In this document: one piece after another, positions 28,547 to 38,063 of the stretch
How positions within the stretch are numbered: position 1 is the first letter of the stretch
How the letters are laid out: each line of letters opens with the position of its first letter
Assembly (NCBI GenBank): GCA_037441065.1
Contig: JBBISY010000003.1
Location: 129,307 to 193,306, forward strand
Length of the DNA stretch: 64,000 nt
Direction: 5' to 3'
From: Acidobacteriota bacterium
GTDB taxonomy: Bacteria; Acidobacteriota; Thermoanaerobaculia; Thermoanaerobaculales; Thermoanaerobaculaceae
The notes under the pieces: generated by a model
Database searches by the model: none
The model's input: only the letters and a program-made list of their open reading frames with translations
Told to the model about the DNA's origin: nothing
Translations under genes and position numbers: made by a program

Positions 28547-30799
28547 GTGGGCGCGGCACTCGTGGCCCTCTCGGTGGGGGTCGTCGCCGCGGTGGCCCTG
28601 GGGAATCTGGCGCCGCCGGGTCGGGGCTGGGCCCTGCCGCTGCTCCTCGCGGGGGGGACCGCGGCAGCACTCGGGTTACGAGATCGGGGCCGCGGCTGGT
28701 GGCTGGCAGCGGGGCTGCTCTTCGGCGGCGCCGCCTGCGCCCTGGCCCCCCGCTTTCCGGGGGTGGGGGAGGAGCGGGTCCCGGTTCGCTTCGTGGGCAC
28801 GGTGCGGGACGGCTGGAGTTCGGGGACCTACGGGCACACGAACCGCATCCGTCTTGCGAGTCTGGAGGTGGCCGGGGAGCCGCGGCGGGGGTGGCGGGAA
28901 CTGCGCTTCGAGGTGGGGGGAACGGCCACGGTGGCCGAGCTGCCGGCCCCCGGGAGCCGCATCGCCGGCAGCGGGGAGCTGGTGCGGTCAGGCGGCCGCC
29001 CGCTGGCCCGCCCGACGCTGCAGGTGAAGAGCGCACTGCTCCTGCAAGTCACGGCCGGGGGATCGCGGATCGACCGCCTCCGGCAGAGTGGGGTGGCGGC
29101 GCTGGAACGGGCTGCCGGCACCACGCCGCGCCGGCTCGACGCCGCAGCGCTTGCAGCGGCCCTCTGTTTCGGCCGACAGGAGGGGCTGCGCGCCGGCGAG
29201 GTGACCGAACTGCGCCGGTCGGGGCTCGCGCACCTGCTGGCGGTTTCGGGGCTCAACGTGGGGCTGGTGGGAAGCCTGGTATGGGCGGTTCTGGTGGTGG
29301 CGCGCGTGCGGCCCGGCTGGCGCCGGCCCGCTCTGGCGGTGGCGCTGGCCGGCTTTTGCCTCGTTTCGGGGGGCTTTGCACCGGTGCGGCGGGCGGCAAG
29401 TGGGGCCATCGCCTATCTGCTGGCGCGGCAGCTCGGGCGACCTCTGGAGCCGTTGCCCACCGTGTGGGGGATCGTGGCGGGGTTGCTGCTCTTCGAGCCG
29501 GACGTGCTCCTGTCGGCGGGCTTTCAGCTTTCGGCAGGGGTGACGCTGGCCCTGGTGCGATGGGTGCGGCCCCTGGCCGCGTGGCTGGGGGCGTTGCCGC
29601 GGGTGGTGGCGGAGGGGGTGGCGGTGGCGGTGGTGGCGCAGGTTGCGGCACTACCCATCGGTGGGGCCCATTTCTCCTTCATCCCGCCCTGGGCGATACC
29701 GGCGAACCTGGCCTTTGCGCCGTTCACCCTGGCGATGACGGCGCTGGCGATGGCGGCTTCGGCAGCCGCCGCGGCGAGTGCCCCCCTGGCGCGGCTGGCG
29801 CTGGAGGGGGTGGCCCTGTGCCAGGCGGTACTGGATGGGGTGGCGGCGGTGGCGGGGCGCGGGGCGATCCCGTTTCCGTCGCCGGGAGGGCTTGGGGCCC
29901 TGCTCTTCTTGGCCGTTTTCCTGTGGGGGCTGAGCCGCTCCAGGTGGGCGCCGGCCGGGGTGGCGGTGCTGGTGGTGGGGGTGGTGGGCTGGACGGTGGG
30001 GCTGCCCCGGGCTCGGGCCGCCGTTGCCGAGGTACGGATGCTGCCGGTGGGGGATGGGATGTCGCTGCTGCTGCAGGACGGCGACTCGTCCCTCCTGGTG
30101 GACGGGGGCCGGTCTCCCCGTGAGGCGGTGGAGGCGCTGGCGGCGCTGCGGGTGCGTTCCCTGGACGCGGTGCTCTTGACCCACCCCGACGCCGACCACC
30201 GGGGCGGCTTGCCGCTCGTGCTGGAGTGGTTGCAACCGCGGGAGCTCATCGTGGCTGCCCGCCATGCCGAGGGCGGCGAGGTGGTGCCGCTGCTGCGAAC
30301 GGCCCGGCGGGCCGGGGTGAGGGAGCGGCTGGTGGGGGCGGGACAGCGCCTGGCGGTCGGGAGGATCGCCATCGACGTGCTCTCGCCGGGGGAGGAGGTG
30401 TGGGGGAGCGACAACGACGCCAGCCTCGTCGCCGCCATTCACTGCGGCGGCCTGCGCCTGCTGGTGACGGGCGACATCGAGGCGGCGGGGGAGGGGCAGC
30501 TGCTGGCCGGCGGGAAGAGCCTCCAGGCGGCCGTGCTGCAGTTGCCGCACCACGGCTCCCGGACCTCCTCCACGGCACCCTTCCTGGCAGCGGTGGATCC
30601 GGTGGTGGCGCTCGCGGCGACCGGGGAGCGGCCCCGTTTCCGCTACCCGCACCCCGACGTGGCGCGCCGCGTCCGGGAGCGGCGGGTCGTGCTGATGGTC
30701 CAGACGCAAGGGATCCGGGAGTTGGCCGTGGAGGGCGGCTGGGTGCGGCTGGGAACCGCCACGCCGGTGTGGGTGCGGGCACGGCGGGGGGGGCGGTGA
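28547..30799 (+). CDS. comEC: ComEC/Rec2 DNA-internalisation competence protein with C-terminal metallo-beta-lactamase domain
   Basis: Competence-domain signature SGLAHLLAVSGLNVGLV and many TM helices. MBL motif LLTHPDADHRGGL and ..LQLPHHGS. The start (GTG 28547) is uncertain. Confidence 0.85.
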   Translation: MGAALVALSVGVVAAVALGNLAPPGRGWALPLLLAGGTAAALGLRDRGRGWWLAAGLLFGGAACALAPRFPGVGEERVPVRFVGTVRDGWSSGTYGHTNRIRLASLEVAGEPRRGWRELRFEVGGTATVAELPAPGSRIAGSGELVRSGGRPLARPTLQVKSALLLQVTAGGSRIDRLRQSGVAALERAAGTTPRRLDAAALAAALCFGRQEGLRAGEVTELRRSGLAHLLAVSGLNVGLVGSLVWAVLVVARVRPGWRRPALAVALAGFCLVSGGFAPVRRAASGAIAYLLARQLGRPLEPLPTVWGIVAGLLLFEPDVLLSAGFQLSAGVTLALVRWVRPLAAWLGALPRVVAEGVAVAVVAQVAALPIGGAHFSFIPPWAIPANLAFAPFTLAMTALAMAASAAAAASAPLARLALEGVALCQAVLDGVAAVAGRGAIPFPSPGGLGALLFLAVFLWGLSRSRWAPAGVAVLVVGVVGWTVGLPRARAAVAEVRMLPVGDGMSLLLQDGDSSLLVDGGRSPREAVEALAALRVRSLDAVLLTHPDADHRGGLPLVLEWLQPRELIVAARHAEGGEVVPLLRTARRAGVRERLVGAGQRLAVGRIAIDVLSPGEEVWGSDNDASLVAAIHCGGLRLLVTGDIEAAGEGQLLAGGKSLQAAVLQLPHHGSRTSSTAPFLAAVDPVVALAATGERPRFRYPHPDVARRVRERRVVLMVQTQGIRELAVEGGWVRLGTATPVWVRARRGGR

Positions 30800-31752
30800 A
30801 GCCGCGCCTCGTGGTGGTCGTGGGTCCCACCGCGGCCGGGAAGACGGCCGTGGGCGTGGACCTGGCGGAGCGGCTGGGAGGGGAGGTGATTTCCGCCGAC
30901 GCCTTCGCCGTGTACCGCGGGCTCGACATCGGCACCGCCAAGCCGGACCCGGCGATGCGGGCGCGAGTGCGGCACCACCTGGTGGATGTGGCGGACCCCC
31001 GGGAGCGGTACTCGGCCGGCACATTCCTGCGCGACGCCGATGCGGCGGTGGCCGAGGTCGTCGCCCGCGGGCGGGTGCCCATCGTTGTGGGAGGCACGCA
31101 CTTCTACGTGCGCTCCCTGCTCTACGGCCTGTTCCGCGAGCCGCCCAAAGACCTGGCCCTGCGGGCGGAGTTGGAGCGGGCGTGGGCGGAAGACCCGGGG
31201 CGCGTGCGGGCGCGGCTCGCCGAACTGGATCCCGAGTCGCACCGCCGCATCGCTGCCGCCGACCGGCAGCGCATCCTCCGCGCCCTGGAGGTCACGCTGC
31301 TGGCGGGCCGGCCCATGTCGGAGCTGTGGCGGGAGGAACCGTGTCGCGCGCCGCGCTACCCCTTCTCCATGTTCGCCATCTCGGTGCCGCGCGAGACGCT
31401 CCATGCTAGGATTTCCCGGCGAGTCGAGGCCATCTTTGCGGCCGGGCTCGTGCAGGAGACGCGGGCATTGCTGGCGAGCGGCGTTCCGGTGCACGCCCAC
31501 GCGTTCAAGGCCATCGGCTACCGGGAGGCCTGTCGCGTGGTGGCGGGTGAGTGGGACGAGCCGCAGGCCAGGCAGGCGACGGTGGTGGCGACGCGGCGGC
31601 TGGCGAAGCGGCAGCTCACCTGGTTGCGGGGAGAGCGAGGCGTGACGTGGGTGGCGGGGAACGATCCCGCGGCGGAGATCGTGGCGATCCTGGAGGCGCG
31701 CGGTGGAACAGGGGCAGGAGCGCAGCAAGGCGGCGATCAACGTTCAGGATAG
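30796..31752 (+). CDS. miaA: tRNA dimethylallyltransferase
   Basis: GTG 30796 overlaps the comEC stop (GTGA). P-loop GPTAAGKT, ..DIGTAKP.. and HHLVDV motifs. Confidence 0.9.
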   Translation: MKPRLVVVVGPTAAGKTAVGVDLAERLGGEVISADAFAVYRGLDIGTAKPDPAMRARVRHHLVDVADPRERYSAGTFLRDADAAVAEVVARGRVPIVVGGTHFYVRSLLYGLFREPPKDLALRAELERAWAEDPGRVRARLAELDPESHRRIAAADRQRILRALEVTLLAGRPMSELWREEPCRAPRYPFSMFAISVPRETLHARISRRVEAIFAAGLVQETRALLASGVPVHAHAFKAIGYREACRVVAGEWDEPQARQATVVATRRLAKRQLTWLRGERGVTWVAGNDPAAEIVAILEARGGTGAGAQQGGDQRSG

Positions 31753-31957
31753 CTTCTTTTACGCGCTGCGTCGCGATGGGCGACTGGTCCACGTCTACCT
31801 GGTGACGGGCAAGCGGGTCACCGGAGTACTGCGGCGCTTCGACCGATACGCCCTGGTGGTCGAGAGTCACGGCGTGGAGCACCTGGTCTACAAGCACGCG
31901 GTCGCCACGGTCTGTCCGGCCCGGTCCGAGGGGGATGGCGGTGCGAAGGAGGGCTGA
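31703..31957 (+). CDS. hfq: RNA chaperone Hfq
   Basis: NVQDSFFYALRRDGRLVHVYLVTGKRVTGVLRRFDRYALVVES.GVEHLVYKHAVATV aligns with the Sm1/Sm2 motifs of Hfq. GTG 31703 is the only in-frame start and lies 50 nt inside miaA. Confidence 0.85.
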   Translation: MEQGQERSKAAINVQDSFFYALRRDGRLVHVYLVTGKRVTGVLRRFDRYALVVESHGVEHLVYKHAVATVCPARSEGDGGAKEG

Positions 31958-33182
31958 GGGGCTAGTCGGCGCGGTCCTCCTCGGGGGACTGCTCGGGTGC
32001 CGGACCGCGACAGTACCGCCAGCTCCCACCCGCCTCCCCGATCCGCTGCAGGGACTGCCGGCATCGGTGGCACCGCTGGCCCAGACCGACCTGGTGGCCG
32101 TCCGCCGCGCCGTGGCGGCGGCCGAGCGGGGCGATCTTACCCTCGCGCGGCGCACGGCGGCTCGGCTGCCGCAGCAGCACCCCGTGGCCCGGCTGGTGGA
32201 GTTGGAGGTTCGCTTCTCGGAAGGGGCAGATGTCTACGCCGAAAGCGTCGCCTTAGCCGAAGAGGTTCGCCAGTGGGTCGGCCCCTGGCACCTGGCAGCG
32301 ATGGCGGCCCGCCGAAGCGGCGAGCTGCTGGCGGCGCTGGCGGCGGCGCGGCGGGGGGCAGAGGCTGACCCAACTTTCCGTCCCTTTCAAGGCCTGGTCC
32401 AGGAGCTGGAGGTAGTGGTGGTGGCGACGGCGCGCGGGGAGGCGGAACGGTGGCTGGGGGCGGGCGAGGCAGCCCGGGCGCTGGAAGCGGCGGAGCAGGC
32501 GCTGGAGGCGGTTCCGGACTCGCCGGAGCTACGGATGCTGGCCGCGGAGGCGGCGCTCGCCGCGGGGCGCACCGAGCGGGCGGCGACCCTTCTGCCAGCC
32601 GTACCGGATTCGCCGCAGGGTCTGGCCCTCAAGGGGCGGGTGGCAGCGGCTCTCCGACAGTGGGACCTGGCGGCTTCGTTCTTCGAGAAGCTCCCAGCCT
32701 CCTACCCCGACCGCTGCCAGCTGCTGCGTGGGGCGCGGCTGCAGCTGCGGCTCGCCGACGCGCCCCCGTACGTGTCGAAGGCGCTAGCCTCCTCGGCCCT
32801 CACCCGCGCGGAACTGGCCGCTCTCCTGGTGTGGGAAGTGCCGGAGATCACGTCCCTGGCCCAGGGGGCGGTGCCGGTGTTCGAGGACATCGTGGACCTG
32901 CCGCAGCGGGCCGACATCGTCACCGTGGCTCGGGCCGGCGTGCTGCGCGGAGACCCGGTGGCGCGCCGGTTCGGGGCCCGTCGCCCGGTGACGCCGCGCG
33001 AGGCGGCCGCGACCATCGAGAAGCTGGCGTCACTGCTGGGACGCCGGGCGCCCCGGTTCTGCCAGAACGGAGCAGCGGACGAGGCGGGGGAGTGCGTCCG
33101 CCTGGGCACCCCCGTCACCGGTCGGGAGGTGGCCGAGGCGTTGCGGCAGCTGGGTGAGCTGGGAGGTGCAGCGTGCCCCTAG
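31935..33182 (+). CDS. lipoprotein with TPR-like helical repeats and a C-terminal SLH-like domain
   Basis: Lipobox LLGC and Ala-rich helical repeats. The C-terminus VPVFEDIVDLPQRADIVTVARAGVLRGDPVARRFGARRPVTPREAAATIEKL resembles the S-layer-homology consensus (F.D....I....G...G....F.P..P.TR.E.A). Confidence 0.55.
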   Translation: MAVRRRAEGLVGAVLLGGLLGCRTATVPPAPTRLPDPLQGLPASVAPLAQTDLVAVRRAVAAAERGDLTLARRTAARLPQQHPVARLVELEVRFSEGADVYAESVALAEEVRQWVGPWHLAAMAARRSGELLAALAAARRGAEADPTFRPFQGLVQELEVVVVATARGEAERWLGAGEAARALEAAEQALEAVPDSPELRMLAAEAALAAGRTERAATLLPAVPDSPQGLALKGRVAAALRQWDLAASFFEKLPASYPDRCQLLRGARLQLRLADAPPYVSKALASSALTRAELAALLVWEVPEITSLAQGAVPVFEDIVDLPQRADIVTVARAGVLRGDPVARRFGARRPVTPREAAATIEKLASLLGRRAPRFCQNGAADEAGECVRLGTPVTGREVAEALRQLGELGGAACP

Positions 33183-33856
33183 ACCTGGCCGACCTGCTAC
33201 ACCGGTCTTCGTTGTTCGCCGAACTGTCGCCGACCGAGCTGGACACGCTGGCCCGCAGCGCCGAGCGGCGCGATTTCACGCGGGACGAGGTGATCTTCGC
33301 CATGAACGAGCCAGCGGACGGGCTCTACGTGGTGGCGAGCGGCCGGGTGAAGGTGAGCATCCCCTCGAGCGAGGGGAGGGAGATCATCATCGCGACTCTG
33401 GGCCCGGGGCAGATCTTCGGCGAGATGGCCCTCATCGACGACGAGCCGCGCTCGGCATCGGTGGTGGCGCAGCTGGCCAGCACCACCTACCGCATTCACC
33501 GCTCGGATTTCGAGCGGGTCCTCGAGTCGCACCCCAGCATTGCGCGCAAGCTCCTGCGCGAGTTGAGCTTGCGGCTGCGCCGGGCGAACGCCCAGATGGA
33601 GTCGCTGGTGACCCTGGACGTGGTGGGACGCCTGGCGCGCTTCCTCATCGATCTGGCCCGGCAGCACGGCCAGGTACTGGGGAACGGCTGGGTGGCGGTG
33701 CGGCGGCCCACGCACCAGGACATCGCCAACTCCATCGGCACCACCCGCGAGACGGTGACGCGGCTGATGGCCGAGCTGGAACAGAGGAGGCAAGTGGTGA
33801 ACGAGGGGAAGATGGCGTACCTGCGGGAAGAGGTGCTGCACCGGGAGGGCGAGTGA
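33173..33856 (+). CDS. Crp/Fnr-family transcriptional regulator (cNMP-binding domain + HTH)
   Basis: GTG 33173 follows GGGAGG. cNMP-binding region ..GLYVVASGRVKV....GPGQIFGEMALID..PRSASVVA. HTH region HQDIANSIGTTRETVTRLMAEL. Confidence 0.85.
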   Translation: MPLDLADLLHRSSLFAELSPTELDTLARSAERRDFTRDEVIFAMNEPADGLYVVASGRVKVSIPSSEGREIIIATLGPGQIFGEMALIDDEPRSASVVAQLASTTYRIHRSDFERVLESHPSIARKLLRELSLRLRRANAQMESLVTLDVVGRLARFLIDLARQHGQVLGNGWVAVRRPTHQDIANSIGTTRETVTRLMAELEQRRQVVNEGKMAYLREEVLHREGE

Positions 33857-34503
33857 GGGAAAGCGGCGAGCACCGCCTGCGGGAACGCACGGGCGCGGTG
33901 GCCCAGCGGGCCGCCCAGGAGGTCCGCGCAGTGGTGCGGCCCTTCACCATCCCCAACGGCATCACGCTCCTGCGCGTGGCACTCACGCCGTTTTTCTTCC
34001 TGGCTGTGGTCTCGGCCAACTACCAAGCGGCCTTCGCGCTGTTCCTGGTGGCCGGGATCTCCGACGCGGTGGACGGGTTGCTCGCCCGGGTGCTCTCCAT
34101 GCGCTCCCTCTTCGGCCAGTACCTGGACCCCATCGCCGACAAGGTGCTGCTCGTCACCGCCTACGTGGCGCTCACCTGGCCGAGCCAGGGGTTGGTGACC
34201 ATCCCCATCTGGCTCACGGTCATGGCCCTGTCGCGCGACCTGCTCATCGTGCTGGTGGCGTTGCTCCTCTACCTGGGGGCCGGGATCCGCGACTTCCGCC
34301 CCTCGCTGTGGGGGAAGGCCACCACGCTGGTGCACATCGCCACGGTGGCCGTCGTGCTCCTGGCCAACCTGGTAGAGATGCCCTACGAGTACCTGTTGGC
34401 GCTGTTCTATGGCGCCTTGGCCCTGACTATTCTGTCTGGCCTGGACTACCTGCGGCGGGCCGCCAAGGTGATGGAGTCGCTGCACGATGCGGAGCGCTCG
34501 TGA
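33853..34503 (+). CDS. pgsA: CDP-alcohol phosphatidyltransferase (PgsA-like)
   Basis: Motif DAVDGLLAR(x8)G(x3)DPIADK. 4-5 TM helices. Start is uncertain; GTG 33853 overlaps the crp stop. Confidence 0.75.
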   Translation: MRESGEHRLRERTGAVAQRAAQEVRAVVRPFTIPNGITLLRVALTPFFFLAVVSANYQAAFALFLVAGISDAVDGLLARVLSMRSLFGQYLDPIADKVLLVTAYVALTWPSQGLVTIPIWLTVMALSRDLLIVLVALLLYLGAGIRDFRPSLWGKATTLVHIATVAVVLLANLVEMPYEYLLALFYGALALTILSGLDYLRRAAKVMESLHDAERS

Positions 34504-34568
34504 AGCGAATCGTCGCCCGTTGGGGAATGCCCAGTTGGCTTGCCGGCTTACGAGAAGAGGGGGCGTGA

Positions 34569-35879
34569 ATGATCGATGACCGGGTGCTCCTGGGCGGTCA
34601 CTACGCCTGCGAGATCGAGGATCCCCAGGTATACCGGGCGCGGCGGCGCCGCCTGCAGGAGCGCCTCGGCGAGGGTGACGTGGCGGTCCTGCTGGGCGCC
34701 AGCGACGCGCGCGGATACGGGGACGTGGGCACCTTCCGCCAGGAGCCGAACTTTTTCTACCTCACGGGCGTGGAGCTGCCGGGAGCGGTGCTGACCCTGG
34801 AACGGGAGGCGGAGACGTTGTACCTCCCGGCCCGCAAGCCGGCTCTCGAGGCGTGGCTCGGCCCCAAATTCGGACCGGGGGAGGAGGCAGCACAAGCTCT
34901 CGGGTTCGCCGCCGTGCTGGAACGGGACGCCCACGAGATTGTGGTGGATGCTCGGCGGCGGCCGCAGCCGGCCTGGGCGGACCGGGTGGCCAGCCGCCTC
35001 GCCCAGGGCGGCGCGCTGTGGCTGGCGCTGCCCAGCCCGGCGGCCAGCGGCGACCTCACCGCGGAGCAACGCCTGGCGGCCGCCTGGCGCGACCGCCTGC
35101 CGAGCTTTCGGCTGTGCGACCTCTCCCCGCTCTTGACGGAACTGCGGCTGCGCAAGGAGCCGGGGGAGCTGGCCCTGCTCCGCAAGGCGGTGGCGGCCAC
35201 GGTGGCAGCGATGGAGGCGGCGGCGCGGGCCGTGCGCCCCGGCGTATCGGAGGGGAGGGTAGAGGGGGAGGCGTTCGCGGCCCTCCGGGCAGCCGGGGCG
35301 GAGGGGTGGTCGTTCCCCCCCATCGTCGGCTCCGGCCGGGCCGGGTGCGTGCTGCACTACGACGCCAACCGCGGGACGCTGGCGGATGGGGAGCTGGTGG
35401 TGGTGGACATCGGCGCCCGCTGGGGGTACTACTGCGGAGACCTCACCCGCACCTTCCCGGTTTCCGGGCAGTTTTCCGAGCGGCAGCGGGCGCTTTACGG
35501 GGCCGTGCTGGCCGCCTACGACGCGGCGGTGGCCACCCTCCGGCCGGGCGTGACGCTGGGGGAGGTGCGCCAGGCGGCGTTTGCCGCCCTCGGGGCGAGC
35601 GGACTGTGCGGCGACGGGGGGGCGCCTCTTTGCCAGTTCTTCATCCACGGCATCGGCCACTTCCTGGGGTTGGAGGCGCACGACGTGGGGGGCGAGACAC
35701 CGCCGCTGGAGCCGGGGATGGTGGTGACCATCGAGCCGGGGATCTACCTCCCGGAGGAGGGGGTGGGGATCCGCATCGAGGACGACTGGCTGGTGACGGA
35801 GGGGGGAGCGGAGTGCCTCTCGGCTGGCCTGCCGCGGGAGGCTCAAGCGGTGGAAGGGATGGTGGGGGGGGCCGCGTGA
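34569..35879 (+). CDS. M24-family Xaa-Pro aminopeptidase
   Basis: Metal ligands in VVVDIGARWGYYCGDLTRTF, HGIGHFLGLEAHD, TIEPGIY and IRIED. Confidence 0.85.
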   Translation: MIDDRVLLGGHYACEIEDPQVYRARRRRLQERLGEGDVAVLLGASDARGYGDVGTFRQEPNFFYLTGVELPGAVLTLEREAETLYLPARKPALEAWLGPKFGPGEEAAQALGFAAVLERDAHEIVVDARRRPQPAWADRVASRLAQGGALWLALPSPAASGDLTAEQRLAAAWRDRLPSFRLCDLSPLLTELRLRKEPGELALLRKAVAATVAAMEAAARAVRPGVSEGRVEGEAFAALRAAGAEGWSFPPIVGSGRAGCVLHYDANRGTLADGELVVVDIGARWGYYCGDLTRTFPVSGQFSERQRALYGAVLAAYDAAVATLRPGVTLGEVRQAAFAALGASGLCGDGGAPLCQFFIHGIGHFLGLEAHDVGGETPPLEPGMVVTIEPGIYLPEEGVGIRIEDDWLVTEGGAECLSAGLPREAQAVEGMVGGAA

Positions 35880-36862
35880 GCATCGGTTCACCCCCGCCGC
35901 CGCCCGACCCCGAGCTCCTGAGCGCCGAGATCCTCCGCCTCAAGCGCGAGCGCGGGGCGCTGCTGCTCGCCCACTACTACCAGGAGCCGGAGATCCAGGA
36001 CCTGGCCGACTTCGTGGGCGACTCGTTGGAGCTGGCCCGGGCGGCGCAGCGGGCCCGCGCCACCACCATCGTCTTCTGCGGCGTCCGCTTCATGGCGGAG
36101 GTGGCCAAGATCTTGAACCCCGAGGCGGAGGTTCTCATCCCGGACCTGGAGGCGGGCTGCTCGCTGGAGGAGTCGTGCCGGCCGGAGGATTTCGCCCGCT
36201 GGCGCGAGGCCCACCCGGGCCACGTGGCGGTCACCTACATCAACTGTTCCGCGGCGGTCAAGGCCCTCTCGGACGTGATCGTCACCTCCTCCTCGGCGGA
36301 GATCATTCTCCGTCAGCTCCCCTCCGACCAGCCGATCCTCTTCGCCCCCGACCGCCACCTGGGGGCGTACCTCGCGAGGAAGACCGGCCGGGATCTGGTG
36401 CTGTGGCCGGGAACCTGCATCGTGCACGAGCAGTTTTCCCTCGAGGCGCTGGTGGGGCTCAAGGCTCTCCACCCCCACGCCCTGGTGGCCGCCCACCCCG
36501 AGTGCCCGGAAGCCATCCTGGCCCTCGCCGATCATGTGGGCTCCACCTCCTCCATCCTGCGGTTCGTCCGCGAGTCCGACGCCGCCACCTTTCTCATCGC
36601 CACCGAGCCCGGCATCATCCACCAGATGGAGAAGCAGACGGAGGGGAGCGGGAAACGCTTCATCCCCGTGCCGGGGGCTTCGGGCGAGTGTTCGTGCAAC
36701 AACTGCCCCTACATGAAGCGCAACACGCTGGCGAACCTGCTCACCTGCCTGCGCGAGGGGCGCCCCCGGCTGGAGCTGCCGGAGGAGTTGCGCCTGGCCG
36801 CCCTGCGCCCGCTGCGGCGGATGCTGGAGCTGGCGCAATCCCCTCATCCCACTGGCGATTGA
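35876..36862 (+). CDS. nadA: quinolinate synthase
   Basis: GTG 35876 overlaps the previous stop (GTGA). ..LLAHYYQ.PEIQDLADFVGDSL.. and ..YINCSA.VKA.SD.. are typical of NadA. Confidence 0.9.
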   Translation: MSIGSPPPPPDPELLSAEILRLKRERGALLLAHYYQEPEIQDLADFVGDSLELARAAQRARATTIVFCGVRFMAEVAKILNPEAEVLIPDLEAGCSLEESCRPEDFARWREAHPGHVAVTYINCSAAVKALSDVIVTSSSAEIILRQLPSDQPILFAPDRHLGAYLARKTGRDLVLWPGTCIVHEQFSLEALVGLKALHPHALVAAHPECPEAILALADHVGSTSSILRFVRESDAATFLIATEPGIIHQMEKQTEGSGKRFIPVPGASGECSCNNCPYMKRNTLANLLTCLREGRPRLELPEELRLAALRPLRRMLELAQSPHPTGD

Positions 36863-36917
36863 CGCCGGGGGGGCGCGCGTCCTGCCGCTGGCGGATTCCG
36901 CTCCGCACGCGAGTCTG

Positions 36918-36927
36918 GTGCTAGCCT
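36918..36927 (+). promoter_or_regulatory. extended -10-like element GTGCTAGCCT 7 nt upstream of GTG 36935
   Basis: Lies in the 72-nt gap after nadA, with no SD between the element and the start codon. Confidence 0.4.
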
Positions 36928-36934
36928 TGTCCCT

Positions 36935-38056
36935 GTGAACGGCATCGTGGCGGAGATCGCGCGGCGCGGGCGGGTGAGCTTCAGAACGTTCATGGAGCTG
37001 GCGCTGTACCACCCCCGTTTCGGCTACTACACGCGCCCTCGCAGCGGCCCCGGGCCGGCGGGGCCAGGGGGCGATTTCCTCACCGCGCCCACCGCTTCGC
37101 CGCTCTTCGTCGCCACCCTGGCCAGGCTCTGTGACACCCTGGCGGAACGCCTGGGACACGGCCTCACCTTCCTGGAGCTGGGCGGCGGCGAGGGGGTGCT
37201 GCTCGAAGGCTTGAGCCGAGCCGTGCGTCCCGGCACGCTGACGCGCGTGGTGGCGGTGGAGATAGCCCCCTGGGCGCGGCGACGGATCGTGCGGCGCTGC
37301 CCCGGCGCCCAGGTGGTGGCTCGGCTGGGAGAGGCGGAGCGCCCCACGGGGAGCGTGGTCTTGTTCGCCTCGGAGCTGTACGACGCCTTGCCCGTCCGCC
37401 GCCTGACCCTGGCCCGGGTCGACGGGCAGCTGGTCCTGCAGGAGTATTTCGTGGAGGTGGGGCGGGGCGGGAGTTTGCAGTGGGTGTGCGATGCGCCCGA
37501 GAGCCCGGAGGTGGCCGTGTACCTCCACGAGACGGGCATCGTCCTGGAGGAGGGGCAGGTGGTGGAAGTGCGGCCGGAGCTGCGCGGGATTCATGCCTCG
37601 AACCTGGCCTGGTGCGGGCGGGACGCCCTGGCTCTCGTCGTGGAGTATGGCCACCCGGCCCGCCGCCTGTTCGACGCGCGCTCGCGCCGGCACGGTTCGC
37701 TGGTCGCTTACAGCGGGCATCGCCTGGTGCGCGATGTGCTTTCGGAACCGGGGAGGCTGGATATCACCGCGCACGTGAACTTCGACGACCTGGAGGGCGC
37801 CGCCGCCGACGTGGGGTGGGATCGAGGGGAGATAAGGCCGCTCGGGCTGTTCCTCGCTCTGCACGGGGCGGTGAGCCTGTTGCCCAGCGGCAAGGAGGGC
37901 CCTCTCACTCCTTCGGAGTGGGCGACGTTGGCGGCGGCCAAGAAGCTCCTCGTCCCCTCGGGCATGGCGAGCGACCTCAAAGTGTTGGTGCAGGGGAGGG
38001 GGAGGGTGTGGCGGCACTACCTGCACGCTGCAACCCCTCCGCCCATGGAGGCGTAG
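36935..38056 (+). CDS. SAM-dependent methyltransferase, MidA/NDUFAF7 (DUF185) family
   Basis: GTG start. ..FMELALYHPRFGYY......GDFLTAPTASPLF.. is typical of the family. Confidence 0.75.
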   Translation: MNGIVAEIARRGRVSFRTFMELALYHPRFGYYTRPRSGPGPAGPGGDFLTAPTASPLFVATLARLCDTLAERLGHGLTFLELGGGEGVLLEGLSRAVRPGTLTRVVAVEIAPWARRRIVRRCPGAQVVARLGEAERPTGSVVLFASELYDALPVRRLTLARVDGQLVLQEYFVEVGRGGSLQWVCDAPESPEVAVYLHETGIVLEEGQVVEVRPELRGIHASNLAWCGRDALALVVEYGHPARRLFDARSRRHGSLVAYSGHRLVRDVLSEPGRLDITAHVNFDDLEGAAADVGWDRGEIRPLGLFLALHGAVSLLPSGKEGPLTPSEWATLAAAKKLLVPSGMASDLKVLVQGRGRVWRHYLHAATPPPMEA

Positions 38057-38063
38057 AGACCGT

